A stretch of DNA of 64,000 nucleotides from Alphaproteobacteria bacterium (GCA_964291215.2 OZ219790.1:2240001-2304000), one strand, 5' to 3'; numbered from the stretch's first letter, positions 32,570-43,135 are shown. A program made the numbers and translations. The notes: a model not told the origin generated them from the sequence alone.

Positions 32570-32888
32570 CGGCCGCCGCACCTGTTGTCGCCGCCTGCCG
32601 CGGCGTCACGCATTTTACGATCTCGTGGCCCACCGCGATCTCCGCCCGGCGAAGCTCCCAGGTTTTTTGCAGGTTCATCCAGAGTTGCGGTGTCGTCCCG
32701 AAATAGCGCGCAAGCCGCAGAGCCGTGTCCGCGCTCACACCCCGCTGACCGTTCAGGATCATCGTCACCCGGTTCACCGGCACGCCCAACGCCTTCGACA
32801 GCGCATTGGCCGACAGGTCGAGTGCTTGGATTTCGTCGCGCAGGATTTCGCCGGGATGTACCGGCCTCATGCCGTTCCTCGTGTTCAT
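32556..32888 (-). CDS. higA: HigA antitoxin
   Basis: RPVHPGEIL, SADTALRLARYFGTTPQLWMNLQ. Confidence 0.93.
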   Translation of the reverse strand: MNTRNGMRPVHPGEILRDEIQALDLSANALSKALGVPVNRVTMILNGQRGVSADTALRLARYFGTTPQLWMNLQKTWELRRAEIAVGHEIVKCVTPRQAATTGAAADARS

Positions 32889-32899
32889 TTCAGATTCCT

Positions 32900-33178
32900 T
32901 CAGTGATAGTCCACGATCTCGACATCTTCCGGCCCGTCGTTGGTCCAGCGAAAGCAGACGCGCCATTGCGCGTTGATCCGAATGCTGTACTGCCCGGCGC
33001 GGTCGCCCCGCAGCGCCTCCAGCCGGTTGCTCGGCAACGCGGCAAGGTCTCCGAGCGTCTCCGCGCTGTCCAGCAGAACCAGCCGGCGCGCGGCCTGATT
33101 GGCGAAGGCCTGGAATGCCGCGACGCGTCGCCCCTCGAAAAAGCGCCGCGTCTCCCGATCCTTGAAGCTCCGAATCAT
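32900..33178 (-). CDS. higB: HigB (RelE-like) toxin
   Basis: MIRSFKD, PSNRLEALRGDRAGQYSIRINAQWRVCF, EIVDYH. Confidence 0.93.
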   Translation of the reverse strand: MIRSFKDRETRRFFEGRRVAAFQAFANQAARRLVLLDSAETLGDLAALPSNRLEALRGDRAGQYSIRINAQWRVCFRWTNDGPEDVEIVDYH

Positions 33179-33188
33179 GCGCACCGAC

Positions 33189-33214
33189 CGTAACTCATCT
33201 TACGCTTTCCGTAA
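33189..33214. promoter_or_regulatory. Probable HigA operator palindromes
   Basis: CGTAA-N6-TTACG-N5-CGTAA just upstream of higB. Confidence 0.5.
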
Positions 33215-33519
33215 AGGATGCTGCGGACCAACTCATGCTCGCGCTCTTGCCGGTTGGCGTGGCGTCCGGCGTCCGTGCCCTCCGACGGCGCAGACCGAGC
33301 GAATGACGCTGCCGATGAACAGGACTATGCACATTGCATCGTTCCCTCGTGCTTCCTATAGTGCCGCTCGGAAGCCGCGCGGCGGTTCGCAGGACTGCCT
33401 CCGCAAGTGCGCGGCGGGCGCTGTCGCTCAAACGTCGCTCGGGCTGATTGCCGATGGCACAACGGGTTGCATCGCCCGACGGGTTGAACGGTCAGGAAGC
33501 GCGATTGGAATGCCCTTCG

Positions 33520-33626
33520 GCGCGGTGGTTCTCACACCCGAACCAATTGGATATGCTACGGTGCCAAACTGAGAATCGCGCCGGCGGGACTTTCACCCGC
33601 AAGTACAGCAGCTAGACTCGTTGCAC
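33520..33626 (-). ncRNA. Possible group II intron 5' remnant
   Basis: Minus strand begins GTGCAACGAG...GCGGGTGAAAGTCCCGC, resembling an intron domain I start; no RT ORF. Confidence 0.35.
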
Positions 33627-33631
33627 GTGTC

Positions 33632-33808
33632 TGGATGCTTCCGAACTTGGTTCTACGCCGAGGCTTGGTGCCGAAGCTATCTCACATCCATTGCCGCACT
33701 CGGCTACGGCCCACACGTCACCATCCAGATCGCTCTCGCCGGAAACACCGCCGACATGATCAAAATACACAACGCCAAACCCGCCTCAACGGAGGGTTAA
33801 GCAGATAC
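33632..33808 (+). mobile_element. IS66-family 3' end remnant (diverged)
   Basis: Similar to the 3' end of the copies at 11.9 and 13.6 kb; ends GGGTTAAGCAGATAC. Confidence 0.65.
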
Positions 33809-33908
33809 AAAATCTCGCCAGTCGTCGCTGGATTGGCAGAGTCGGATCATTGTGATCTATTTTCCCGACGCAGCTGTCACGCCGAGGCATGGATGCTATA
33901 CTGACGCC

Positions 33909-34079
33909 ATGAAGGACGCACCGCCCGAAAAGCCTTCGAAATGGCTGCGGCCCGAATACATCCTGATCGGGGCGCTGCTGCTGATCGGCGCCCTCGCGGT
34001 GCCCGCCGTCGCCAACGTCTACCTCCTGCAATCGATGGTGGTGGCGTTCTGCGCCGGGCTCGGCATTCCCGTCAACTAG
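33909..34079 (+). CDS. Small hypothetical membrane protein
   Basis: 56 aa with hydrophobic segments and host-like codon usage. Confidence 0.55.
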   Translation: MKDAPPEKPSKWLRPEYILIGALLLIGALAVPAVANVYLLQSMVVAFCAGLGIPVN

Positions 34080-34095
34080 CGCCGTCGGCGCGCCG

Positions 34096-36132
34096 TCAAC
34101 GTCCCTCGCGGCGCCACGCCCACACCAGCGCCCCGAGGCCAAGGAGCAGGACTGCGAGCGGCGGCAGGAGCGGTATTTCACGCACGCTGGCGACACGGTA
34201 GTCGCGGTTCGCGACGACGCCCATCCACTGCGATCCCGATGCCGGACGACCGGGCCGCACGCGGCGCAGGTCCGGCAGGCCGTCGCGCAACCAGGCGATG
34301 CCGCCGCCCGACAGCGCAGCTGCGTTGGCCAGCAGTTGGGAACTCGCGCGCATGTCTGCGAACTCCTTCGGGTTGGGGCTGCCGACCGCGATCACGGCGC
34401 TGCGCCGACCGTCCCCGATCCTGTAGATGCCGACCCCCTCGACCGGCAGGGCGGCCCTCGCCCGCCCGCCTGCGCCCTTATCAAGAACCAGCGTCCGCAC
34501 AGTGCCGGACGGGGCCGTCACCGTGATTTCGCCATGCTCGTCCGAAGCGCTCCTGCTGACGATCACCAGCTCGTTGCCCTCGACCCGGGCGCTGATGGCC
34601 TCCTCCTCGAGACCAGGCTCCTTCATCAGCCAGTGCGCGAGCCGTCGCAGGATCTCGGCATGCGGCCCGCCGCCCTCAAACCCGCGCGCCCAAAGCCAGA
34701 TATGGTCGCTGAGCAGTTGCGCAACCCGGCCCTCACCGATGCGGTCGAGCATCAGCAGCGGCTGGCGGTCGGCGCCGTCCATCAGCGTCTCGCCCCGCCC
34801 GGCAACCACCGCGACCTGCCTGAACCAGCGTCCCCACGGCGGCCCCTCGCCGTCGGCGCCGACCAGATCCGCGGTTACCGGATGGCGGCGGCCGTAGAGC
34901 GTGATCTGCGGCCTGAGGCCGCCCTTGATCACGCTGCCCGACGGACGGCCGGGGAGGATATCGCCGAGCGCCGTCCGATGGAGACTGAGCGGCGATGCGG
35001 CCGCCGGCCCCGCGACGTTGAGCACCGCGCCGCCATTCTGCACGTAGCGCACGATATTCTCGAAATACAAGCCGGGCAGCACGCCGCGGCGGTGATAGCG
35101 GTCGAAGATGATGAGATCGAACTCGTCGATCTTCTCCTCGAACAGCTCGCGCACCGGAAAGGCGATCAACGCAAGTTCCCGGACCGGGGTCGAATCCTGC
35201 TTGTCGGGCGGCCGCAGGATGGTGAAGTGGATCAGGTCAACGGAGGGATCGGCCTTGAGGAAATTCCGCCACACCCGCTCGCCGGCATGGGGCTCGCCGG
35301 AAACGAGAAGGACGCGAAGCCGTTCGCGGACGCCGTTCACCTGGACCACGGCGCGGTTGTTGCCGTCGAAGATCTCGCCCTCCGCGGGCGACGCCTGCAG
35401 CTGCAGGATGTTCGCACCCGCATGTTCGAGCCGGAACGGTATGCGGACACTGCGGCCCGCGGGGACGGTGATCGTGCGCACCGCCGCGCCGTCGCGCCTG
35501 AGTTCGACCTCGGCAGCGGCGCCCTCACGGTCGCGGATCGAGACCTCGATCTCGACGGTCCTGCCGACGAGGCCGAAACGCGGCGCACGCTCGACGACCA
35601 GGCGGCGGTCGCGCTCGCCGGGCGCGCCGGTCAGCAGGACATGGACCGGCCCGGGCAACGCCAGGTCCGCCGCCTCCGCGGGTGCATCGTGCACTTGGCC
35701 GTCGGTGACGAGAAAGGTCGCGCCGATGCGCCCGCGCGGCACGTTCGCAAGCGCCCGCTCGACCGCGTAGAAAAGTGCCGTGCCGTCGCTGCGGGCGCCG
35801 GCGCGGATGACACGCGGCTCGACCCCGCGCAGGCGGTCGAGCCGCGTCGTGAGCCGCTCGACCGAGGCCTGGGTCTCCGCGATGCGGTCGCCGATGCGTT
35901 GCGACGGGCTCTCGTCGACGACCACCACCGCCACGTCGTCTACAGGTATCCGCTCCTGTTCGACCAGCACCGGGTCGGCAAGTGCGCCAAGCAGCACCGC
36001 CGCGGCCGCGATCCTCCAAGCGGCGCCACGCGCGCGGCGCCACAGCGCGTACCCCCCGATCAGCAGGATCGCCGCCGCGAGCGCAGCAAGGACGGACCAA
36101 GAAAAGGACGGCGTGAAGGCGATCTGCGTCAT
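34096..36132 (-). CDS. Conserved membrane protein of the MoxR operon (GATase-like domain)
   Basis: LRVLLVSGEPHAGERVWRN, DLIHFTILRPP, ELALIAFP, WLWARGFEGGGP. Confidence 0.85.
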   Translation of the reverse strand: MTQIAFTPSFSWSVLAALAAAILLIGGYALWRRARGAAWRIAAAAVLLGALADPVLVEQERIPVDDVAVVVVDESPSQRIGDRIAETQASVERLTTRLDRLRGVEPRVIRAGARSDGTALFYAVERALANVPRGRIGATFLVTDGQVHDAPAEAADLALPGPVHVLLTGAPGERDRRLVVERAPRFGLVGRTVEIEVSIRDREGAAAEVELRRDGAAVRTITVPAGRSVRIPFRLEHAGANILQLQASPAEGEIFDGNNRAVVQVNGVRERLRVLLVSGEPHAGERVWRNFLKADPSVDLIHFTILRPPDKQDSTPVRELALIAFPVRELFEEKIDEFDLIIFDRYHRRGVLPGLYFENIVRYVQNGGAVLNVAGPAAASPLSLHRTALGDILPGRPSGSVIKGGLRPQITLYGRRHPVTADLVGADGEGPPWGRWFRQVAVVAGRGETLMDGADRQPLLMLDRIGEGRVAQLLSDHIWLWARGFEGGGPHAEILRRLAHWLMKEPGLEEEAISARVEGNELVIVSRSASDEHGEITVTAPSGTVRTLVLDKGAGGRARAALPVEGVGIYRIGDGRRSAVIAVGSPNPKEFADMRASSQLLANAAALSGGGIAWLRDGLPDLRRVRPGRPASGSQWMGVVANRDYRVASVREIPLLPPLAVLLLGLGALVWAWRREGR

Positions 36133-36133
36133 T

Positions 36134-38884
36134 TCACTGGCCCAGCCGTTCAATGATCGCGTTCACGTGCACTTGGTCGGCCTTGTAGTTGCCGGTCAGC
36201 GCATACATCACCCAGTTGACGCCGAAGCGGTACGCCATCTCGCGCTGCCGCTCGCCATCGGGCACCACCGCGGCCAGCGGCCGGCCGGACCGGTCGACCG
36301 CCCATGCAGCGGCCCAGTCGTTGGAACCGATCACAACCGACGAAACGCCGTCATTGTGGCGGCCGCCGCGGCGCTCGACCCATACCGGGCCGCCGGCCCA
36401 CCGCCCGGGGAAGTCGTCGAGCAGGTAGAACGACCTGCCGAGCACGTGATCCTCCGGCAGCCTCGTCAGCAAGGGCACGTCGAGCCCGTCGAGCAGCCGC
36501 CGGAGATTGAGCGCGGCTGCGCCGCTGCCGCCGCGGGCACGCGTATCGAACAGTATCGTGCCGCCGGTACGGAGGAAGCGGGCGAGCTGGCGCCGCGCGC
36601 GTTCCGAAGGCACCTGCTGGCGCCGAGAAACCGCCCAGTAAAGGAGCGGAAACAGCGCAAGGTCGTCGGTCTCGATGTCGACGGCAATCGTCTCGCCCGG
36701 CTCGACCGACGTGCGGGTCTTCAGCACCCTGGCGAGGCCGTGCATGCCAGCCTCCGTCATCTCGTCGAGCGCCCGATCGCCGGTGCGGACATAGGCAAGC
36801 CGGGTCACGGACGTCGCCTCAATTGCCCGGCGGTCGGCAGCATCCGCCGCACCGCCGGGCATGGTCTGGGCCGCGCCGGCGCCCGGATCCGCGGCTAACA
36901 GGGCGAGGCCGGCGACGCCGGCGGCGACAGCCCTTCCGGGCCGCGGGAGGCGCAGCAGCCCGCGGAGTGCGAGGCTAGCGGCGAAGTCGGCCAGCACGAG
37001 GAGAAGCGCCGCAAGAAGGAGCCACGGCCTGAAATCGAGCACCGAGCCGCGGACCAGCGCCTGTCGCTCGACCCCTGCAGGCAGGCCGCCGATAGCCGCG
37101 AGCCGGTCGATGCCGGCCGCCAGGTTGAGGGCACGCCGCGCCGTCTCGGTCCCGTAATAGCCGGGCGGCGTCGCCGCCGACGGCGCGAGGCCGGGCAATT
37201 CCCGCAACGACACGCTCACCGCGTCCGTCGGCGGCGGCCCCAGGCGGCCGAACCCGTCGAGGGTCCGGAACGGAGGCAGGACGGCGTCGGCGCGGGTGCC
37301 GATAACACCGACGCTTAGCGCAACGATGCGGCGCAGCATGTCCACGAACAGGCCGGAGATAGGCAGGTTCGACCAGTCGGTGTTCGCCGTCGTGTGAATC
37401 AGCACGAGCCAGCCGCGGCCGCGCCTCTCCGCGGTAACCAGCGGCGTTCCGTCGGAAAGCCGCGCCCAGGTCCTGCGGTCGAGGTCGAGCTCGGGCTCGG
37501 CGAGGACCTGACGGCGGACGCGCACGTCGGCCGGCGGCGCGAGCCCGGCGAAGGGGCTGGCTTCCTCGAACGGCAGCAGCCGCGCCGGCTCGGTCCACGA
37601 CATCGTGCCACCAAGCGAGCGGTCGCCGCCGCGCAGCCGCACCGGCAGCATCGCGTCCTCGGCGACGCCGGCAGCGGCGGCAAGTTTCGGTCCGGCAAAT
37701 CGCAGGAGGACCCCACCCCGGTCGATCCACCCGGCGAGCGCCGCCGCGTCGCCGGCAAGCAGCCGGCCGGCGTCCGGCAGCGCAATGACGGCAAGTCCGC
37801 GCTCCAGCAGTTCCACGACGCTCCCCCTGCGCACCTCGGCAAACGGAGCCAGCGCCCTCTCAAGGTAGTAGGTGGCGGACAGGAGAGGCTGTTCGGCCTC
37901 GACGGCATCGCCCGGAACGACGCCGACCGGGCGGCGGCGCCAGCGTTCGTCGATGAGGAACACGCCGCCGGCGCTGTCGGCAGCGACCAGCGCGACGCGC
38001 GCGACTTCGTTGCGGAGCTCGGCCGGCAAATCGATGCGAACCGTGGCCTGCGCGGCACCGCTCTCGAAACGGCCGGCGCGCCCCTCGGCGACGAGGCGTC
38101 CATCCTCTGCGAGCGCCTGGAGCCGGATGTCGCGAATGGCCGGCACGGCGATGCGCGAGACTGGAACCGAGAATCCGTCATCGCCCGATTCCGGCGCACC
38201 GACGAGCCATGCCCGCACCGCAGCGGGCTGCTCGATGACGGTGAGGCTTCCAAGTGACTGCAGCCGGCTGGCGAGGGCGGCCGCGGCGGGACCTCCGATG
38301 CCGTCGGCGATCCAGACGGCATGGGCGGAGCCCTCCACGCTAAGTTCGCGCAAGGCCGTCAGTGCTGCGGCGCGGTCGGGTGGCCACGGCTTGGGCGCCA
38401 GCCCGGCGAGCAGGCTCCTGGCATCGGCGGCACGCATAAGTCTGCTGACCTCAAGCGGTTCGGACGCCCGCGCAAGCGTGGTCGTCAGGAAATGCACCGG
38501 CCGGTTCTCCCGTTCCGCCCGGACCAGCAGCTCGTCGATCCTGTTCCGGCGCTCTGCCCAATCCGGCGCCGACGCCCAGCCGTCATCGACGACCAACACC
38601 AGCGGCCCAGTACCGTGGAATTTGACCCCCGGGTTGAGAAGCGGATGCGCGAGCGCGAAGATGACCAGCGCGGCGGCAAGGATACGCAGCACGATCAGCC
38701 ACCACGGCGTACGGGCAGGCGTCTCCTCACGGGGGCGCAGCGCAAGCAGCAGCCTGACGGGCGGGAAGCTGACCACGCGCGGCGACGGCGGCGTAACCCG
38801 CAGCAGCCACCACAGCGCCGGCAGGGCGGCGAGCGCGGCCAGCAGCCACGGCGACGAAAAGACGAGGCCGCCGAGTTCCGGCAT
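36134..38884 (-). CDS. BatA N-terminal / DUF4159 domain membrane protein
   Basis: LWWLLRVTPP..FP, TPARTPWWL; C-terminal RFGVNWVMYALTGNYKADQVH. Confidence 0.88.
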   Translation of the reverse strand: MPELGGLVFSSPWLLAALAALPALWWLLRVTPPSPRVVSFPPVRLLLALRPREETPARTPWWLIVLRILAAALVIFALAHPLLNPGVKFHGTGPLVLVVDDGWASAPDWAERRNRIDELLVRAERENRPVHFLTTTLARASEPLEVSRLMRAADARSLLAGLAPKPWPPDRAAALTALRELSVEGSAHAVWIADGIGGPAAAALASRLQSLGSLTVIEQPAAVRAWLVGAPESGDDGFSVPVSRIAVPAIRDIRLQALAEDGRLVAEGRAGRFESGAAQATVRIDLPAELRNEVARVALVAADSAGGVFLIDERWRRRPVGVVPGDAVEAEQPLLSATYYLERALAPFAEVRRGSVVELLERGLAVIALPDAGRLLAGDAAALAGWIDRGGVLLRFAGPKLAAAAGVAEDAMLPVRLRGGDRSLGGTMSWTEPARLLPFEEASPFAGLAPPADVRVRRQVLAEPELDLDRRTWARLSDGTPLVTAERRGRGWLVLIHTTANTDWSNLPISGLFVDMLRRIVALSVGVIGTRADAVLPPFRTLDGFGRLGPPPTDAVSVSLRELPGLAPSAATPPGYYGTETARRALNLAAGIDRLAAIGGLPAGVERQALVRGSVLDFRPWLLLAALLLVLADFAASLALRGLLRLPRPGRAVAAGVAGLALLAADPGAGAAQTMPGGAADAADRRAIEATSVTRLAYVRTGDRALDEMTEAGMHGLARVLKTRTSVEPGETIAVDIETDDLALFPLLYWAVSRRQQVPSERARRQLARFLRTGGTILFDTRARGGSGAAALNLRRLLDGLDVPLLTRLPEDHVLGRSFYLLDDFPGRWAGGPVWVERRGGRHNDGVSSVVIGSNDWAAAWAVDRSGRPLAAVVPDGERQREMAYRFGVNWVMYALTGNYKADQVHVNAIIERLGQ

Positions 38885-39799
38885 TCAGCGGTTCTCCTTC
38901 TCCGACATCAGCATGTGAAGCGCAAGTAGCGCCGGTCCGGCGGAGCGGTCGGTCCGATGCAGAGTTAGCGACCAGCCGTTGTGCCGGCAGATGTCGGCCA
39001 GAGCGTCACGGTCGGCGCGGACGGCAAGGCGGTACTCCTCGTCGACCGAGTCGGCGCGCCCAAGCAGCACCCCGCCCTCGCCTTCGAGGCCCTCGAACCG
39101 GGTTCGTCCGCGAAACGGCAGATCCTCTTCCGCCGGATCGCGGACGGCGACGAGGTGGCCCATATATCCCCGCGTCGAGAAGGCGCGGACCACCGGGGCG
39201 ATATCCGCCGGCGCGTCGAGGAAGTCACCGACAAGGACGAGGCGGCTGTGACGCCTCAGCGCCTCGAGCCGCGGCAGGCCGGATCGGCCGTAGTCGTTCT
39301 TGTCGCCGGTCAGCACCGCGGCCAGGTGCAGCAGGGCTGCGCGCCCGCCGACGGGCCGCGCGCCGGTCTCGAGGAGCGCGATCCGCTCGCCGCCGTCGGC
39401 GAGCAGCGAGGCGAGCGCAAGCGCGATCACCGCCGCCCGCTCGGCCTTGGTCGGCAGCTCGGGATGGGAATGCCAGCCCATCGACGGCGACCGATCGACC
39501 CAGAAATACACGTTCTGCGCCGCTTCCCATTCGTTCTCGCGGATATAGGCAGACTGCGCCCGCGCCGACTGGCGCCAGTCTATGTCCTGCGCCGGGTCGC
39601 CGGGCTGGTAGCGGCGGTACTGCCAGAAGCTGTCGCCGGTGCCGGTGCGGCGCCGGCCATGGACGCCCTGAGCGACCACGGTGGCGACCCGTTCCGCCTG
39701 GACCAGCAGCGGCGGTAGCGGCGCTGCCGCCTCCTCGGCGCGCAGCCAGACCCTGCTCTCGGAGAGCGACGTGTTGACGGCTGGTCGCGGCGATCTCAC
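38885..39799 (-). CDS. DUF58 protein
   Basis: GVHGRRRTGTGDSFWQYRRY, IDWRQSA, RENEWE; GTG overlaps the moxR stop. Confidence 0.9.
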   Translation of the reverse strand: MRSPRPAVNTSLSESRVWLRAEEAAAPLPPLLVQAERVATVVAQGVHGRRRTGTGDSFWQYRRYQPGDPAQDIDWRQSARAQSAYIRENEWEAAQNVYFWVDRSPSMGWHSHPELPTKAERAAVIALALASLLADGGERIALLETGARPVGGRAALLHLAAVLTGDKNDYGRSGLPRLEALRRHSRLVLVGDFLDAPADIAPVVRAFSTRGYMGHLVAVRDPAEEDLPFRGRTRFEGLEGEGGVLLGRADSVDEEYRLAVRADRDALADICRHNGWSLTLHRTDRSAGPALLALHMLMSEKENR

Positions 39800-40800
39800 G
39801 CGAGCAGCGCGCACATGCGCCCGATGATGTCGTCGACGGTGATGCCGTCCGCACGGGCCGAAAAGGTCAGCGCAATGCGGTGGCGGAGCACCGAGGGGGC
39901 AACGGCGACCACATCGTCGACCGACGGCGAGAGCCTGCCGGCGAGCAGCGCCCGTGCCTTGCTGGCGAGCACCAGCGCCTGGCTCGCCCTCGGGCCCGGC
40001 CCCCACGACAGGTTGCTGCGGATCGCCGGGTCGGCGCTCTCCTCGGGACGCGCGGCCCGCACCAGCTCGAGGATGGCGTCGACGACGGCGTCGCCAATCG
40101 GGATCGTGCGCACCAGCCGCTGCGCGGCGATGAGGTCGGCGGCGGTGAGGACCTGTTCGACGCGCGACTCCTCGATGCCGGTAGTCGCCACGAGCATGCG
40201 CTTTTCCGCTTCGGCGTCGGGATAACCGACATCGATCTGCAGCAGAAAGCGATCGAGCTGAGCCTCGGGCAGCGGGTAGGTGCCCTCGAGCTCGATGGGG
40301 TTCTGGGTGGCGAGCACGTGGAACGGGGCCGGCAGCGCGTGGTCCTGGCCAGCCACCGAAACCTTGTATTCCTGCATCGCCTGAAGAAGCGCCGACTGGG
40401 TGCGGGGGCTGGCGCGGTTGATCTCGTCGGCCATCAGCACCTGACTGAAGACCGGACCACGAATGAAGCGAAAGGACCGGCGGCCAGTCTCGCTCTCCTC
40501 GAGCACTTCAGATCCGAGGATGTCCGGGGGCATCAGGTCCGGCGTGAACTGGACGCGGCGCGCCTCGAGCCCGAGAATGGTGCCGAGCGTCTCGACGAGG
40601 AGAGTTTTGCCGAGCCCGGGATAGCCAACGAGCAGCGCGTGCCCGCCGGAAAAGATGGCGATCAGCGCCAGTTCGATGACGTCGTGTTGGCCGAATATGG
40701 CGGCACCAATGTTCCGTCTGACTGTGGCCATGCGACGGCCGCACGCCTCGATGTCCGCGATCAGGCGGTCGGAGACCGGGGTGGCTTCGATTTCGCTCAC
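39796..40800 (-). CDS. moxR: MoxR-family AAA+ ATPase
   Basis: GYPGLGKT, QFTPDLMP, ADEINRASPRTQSALL, ATQNPIELEGTYPLPEAQLDRF. Confidence 0.95.
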   Translation of the reverse strand: MSEIEATPVSDRLIADIEACGRRMATVRRNIGAAIFGQHDVIELALIAIFSGGHALLVGYPGLGKTLLVETLGTILGLEARRVQFTPDLMPPDILGSEVLEESETGRRSFRFIRGPVFSQVLMADEINRASPRTQSALLQAMQEYKVSVAGQDHALPAPFHVLATQNPIELEGTYPLPEAQLDRFLLQIDVGYPDAEAEKRMLVATTGIEESRVEQVLTAADLIAAQRLVRTIPIGDAVVDAILELVRAARPEESADPAIRSNLSWGPGPRASQALVLASKARALLAGRLSPSVDDVVAVAPSVLRHRIALTFSARADGITVDDIIGRMCALLA

Positions 40801-40918
40801 TTCAAACTCCGTGCTGCGGGGTGTAGATTCTAGCCGATGTCGAACCGTCCTGTCTCATTTTCTTCGCGCCGCCGCGCGACGGGCTTCGGCGACTGCCGTC
40901 ACGGGACGGTGGTGCGCC

Positions 40919-41479
40919 ATGGTTGACGACGCGCTGGCCAGCCTCGGCTCCGCGCTGCCGCCGCGCAGCGATACGCCGGCAGGCGCCGCGCCGCAGATGT
41001 GTGGCGACATCGACATGCGGATCGCGCGCGACGGTACCTGGCATTATCTGGGCTCGCCGATCGGGCGCAAGCCGCTGGTCCGGCTCTTCGCCTCGGTGCT
41101 GCGACGTGACGACGCTGGCGACTACTGGCTCGTCACTCCGGCCGAGATGTGCCGCATCAGGGTCGACGACGCGCCGTTCACCGCAGTCGAGGTGACGGCG
41201 ACCGGCGCCGGCGACCGTCAGGAGCTTGCGTTCCGCACCAACCTCGACGACACCGTCACGGCCGGGCCCGACCATCCCATCCGGGTGGACATCGCCGCCG
41301 GCACCGGCGAGCCGTCGCCCTATGTCCTTGTGCGCAACCGGCTCGAGGGCCTGATCACGCGGCCGGTCTTCTACGAACTGGTGGAGCTCGGCGTGGAGCG
41401 CGCGACCGCATCGGGCACCGTGCTCGGGGTATGGAGCGGCGGCGCGTTCTTCGAGATCGGAGCGCTCGGGGATGGCTGA
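40919..41479 (+). CDS. DUF1285 protein
   Basis: CGDIDMRIARDGTWHYLGSPIGR, LVTPAE, VDDAPF. Confidence 0.9.
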   Translation: MVDDALASLGSALPPRSDTPAGAAPQMCGDIDMRIARDGTWHYLGSPIGRKPLVRLFASVLRRDDAGDYWLVTPAEMCRIRVDDAPFTAVEVTATGAGDRQELAFRTNLDDTVTAGPDHPIRVDIAAGTGEPSPYVLVRNRLEGLITRPVFYELVELGVERATASGTVLGVWSGGAFFEIGALGDG

Positions 41480-42101
41480 CGCGGGCACGTGCGCGCTCCA
41501 TGAACGCCTCGCCTTGGCGCTCCGCGCCGCGGAGGGTGGCGCGGCGGCGGCCGACCATGACGGCTTCGGATGGCTGGAGCAGAAACCCGACATCCGGCCG
41601 GCGAAGCTCACGTCGGCAGCCGTGCTGATGCCTGTCGTCGCACGACCGGAAGGGGCGACCGTGCTGCTGACGCGGCGCGCGCCCGACCTCGCGAGCCATG
41701 CCGGACAGGTCTCCTTTCCGGGCGGAAAGATCGATCCGGATGACGCGTCCGCCGCGGACGCGGCGCTGCGCGAAACCGAGGAGGAGATCGGCCTCGCCCG
41801 CGACCGCATAGAGGTGCTCGGGCAGCTCGGCGACCGCGTTACCGGCAGCGGATACCGGGTCACCCCCGTGCTCGGCCTAGTGCGGCCGCCGTTTCCACTC
41901 GCGCCGGCAAACGCCGAGGTCGAGACGATCTTCGAGGTTCCGCTGTCCTTCGTTCTCGACCGCGGGAACCACCGGACCGAGACCCGCTACCAGAAGGGCC
42001 TCGAGCGGGTATTCTACGTGCTGCCGTACGGGGAGTTCTACATCTGGGGCCTGACGGCGCGGCTCCTGGTCGCGCTCTGCAACATCCTGGACCCGTCATG
42101 A
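41472..42101 (+). CDS. nudL: Nudix CoA pyrophosphatase
   Basis: HAGQVSFPGG...ALRETEEEIG, IWGLTA. Confidence 0.9.
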   Translation: MADAGTCALHERLALALRAAEGGAAAADHDGFGWLEQKPDIRPAKLTSAAVLMPVVARPEGATVLLTRRAPDLASHAGQVSFPGGKIDPDDASAADAALRETEEEIGLARDRIEVLGQLGDRVTGSGYRVTPVLGLVRPPFPLAPANAEVETIFEVPLSFVLDRGNHRTETRYQKGLERVFYVLPYGEFYIWGLTARLLVALCNILDPS

Positions 42102-42385
42102 TCAGGCTTCTCCTTCTCACGCTCGTCCCGTTCGCAGCTCCCTATGCGGGCTGGTACCTGTGGAAGATCTTCTTCGCGAGTCCGCGCATCGATCCCGCCA
42201 CCGGCGATCAGCTGCCGCCGGACTTCGGCGAGGCGCCGCGAGGCAAGCTGCTCGCCGCCGGCGTGGCCTTGATGCTCATCGTAATTGGCGGCTTCCTGCT
42301 GGTGCATGACCGCTTCAAGGAAGAGCCGTACCGGCCGATCGACGTCGAGGAGTTCGAACGGAGCGAACAGCGCGGCGGCGAGTGA
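42098..42385 (+). CDS. DUF6111-like small membrane protein
   Basis: Two hydrophobic segments; conserved position after nudL. Confidence 0.7.
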   Translation: MIRLLLLTLVPFAAPYAGWYLWKIFFASPRIDPATGDQLPPDFGEAPRGKLLAAGVALMLIVIGGFLLVHDRFKEEPYRPIDVEEFERSEQRGGE

Positions 42386-42609
42386 CGACCGGCGAAGCAG
42401 TGGCGCGAACGATCCGGACCGACCGGGGCGCGTTCTGCAACGCTATCGCTTGTGCGGCGCGGATGACGGCGGACGGACGGCAGCGGAGCACGGGCGCCTT
42501 GCGCGAACTTCTTTGGGCGGCCGGACGGCGCGGAGCCGGCTGCGCAGCAGGACGGGGGCCGGCGATACGAATGGTCGAGCCGGCCAGATCGCCGTTTCGT
42601 GCGCCCGCA

Positions 42610-43135
42610 GCAGGGATACCGTGCCTGTCAGCCGGAAACGTTCGAGCGCGGCCAGATAGTCGCCCGCCGACCGGGGCAGACGGCGCAGCGCCGCCCGGTG
42701 ACCGCGCACCGCTCCGAGCGCGGTTTTGAGGTCGCCTCGAACAGCCTGGCGATGAAGGCGTCGGGATCATGCGCCGCAACCTTGTGGGGCGGTCGGCAGG
42801 GAAGTCCCGCAGATCGCGGGGCACGATCGCGTCCGCGCCACTGCGGATCGGCCGCTGCCAGCACATAGCAATCGTCGAAATCCGGCAGGTCGAGGGCGGC
42901 AGCGAGGGTCTCGTATCCCGTCACGACGGCATCGGGAAAATGGCCGTCCATGATCGCGCGGGTCCGCTTCAGCACGCTGGCCTCGATGTCGGGGCGGTCG
43001 GCCAAGAGACCGCGCATCCATTCGACATGGATGTCGGCACTCCGGTGCGGCACATACAGGTAGCAGTCGACGAAACACACCAGCAGGTCACGAAGTCCGG
43101 CCGGACAAAGGACATTGTAGTCGAGCAGGCCTATG
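42610..43135 (-). pseudogene. PIN-domain protein remnant
   Basis: LLDYNVLCPAGLRDLL, IHVEWMR, DLPDFDDCYVLAAA then a frameshift; 5' end cut by a MITE. Confidence 0.7.

Noticed and set aside
34336-36156. Long antisense or alternative-frame ORFs (also 47504-49354, 46294-47967, 54122-55654, 1955-3490)
   Set aside because: High-GC shadow frames of well-supported genes, with no motifs
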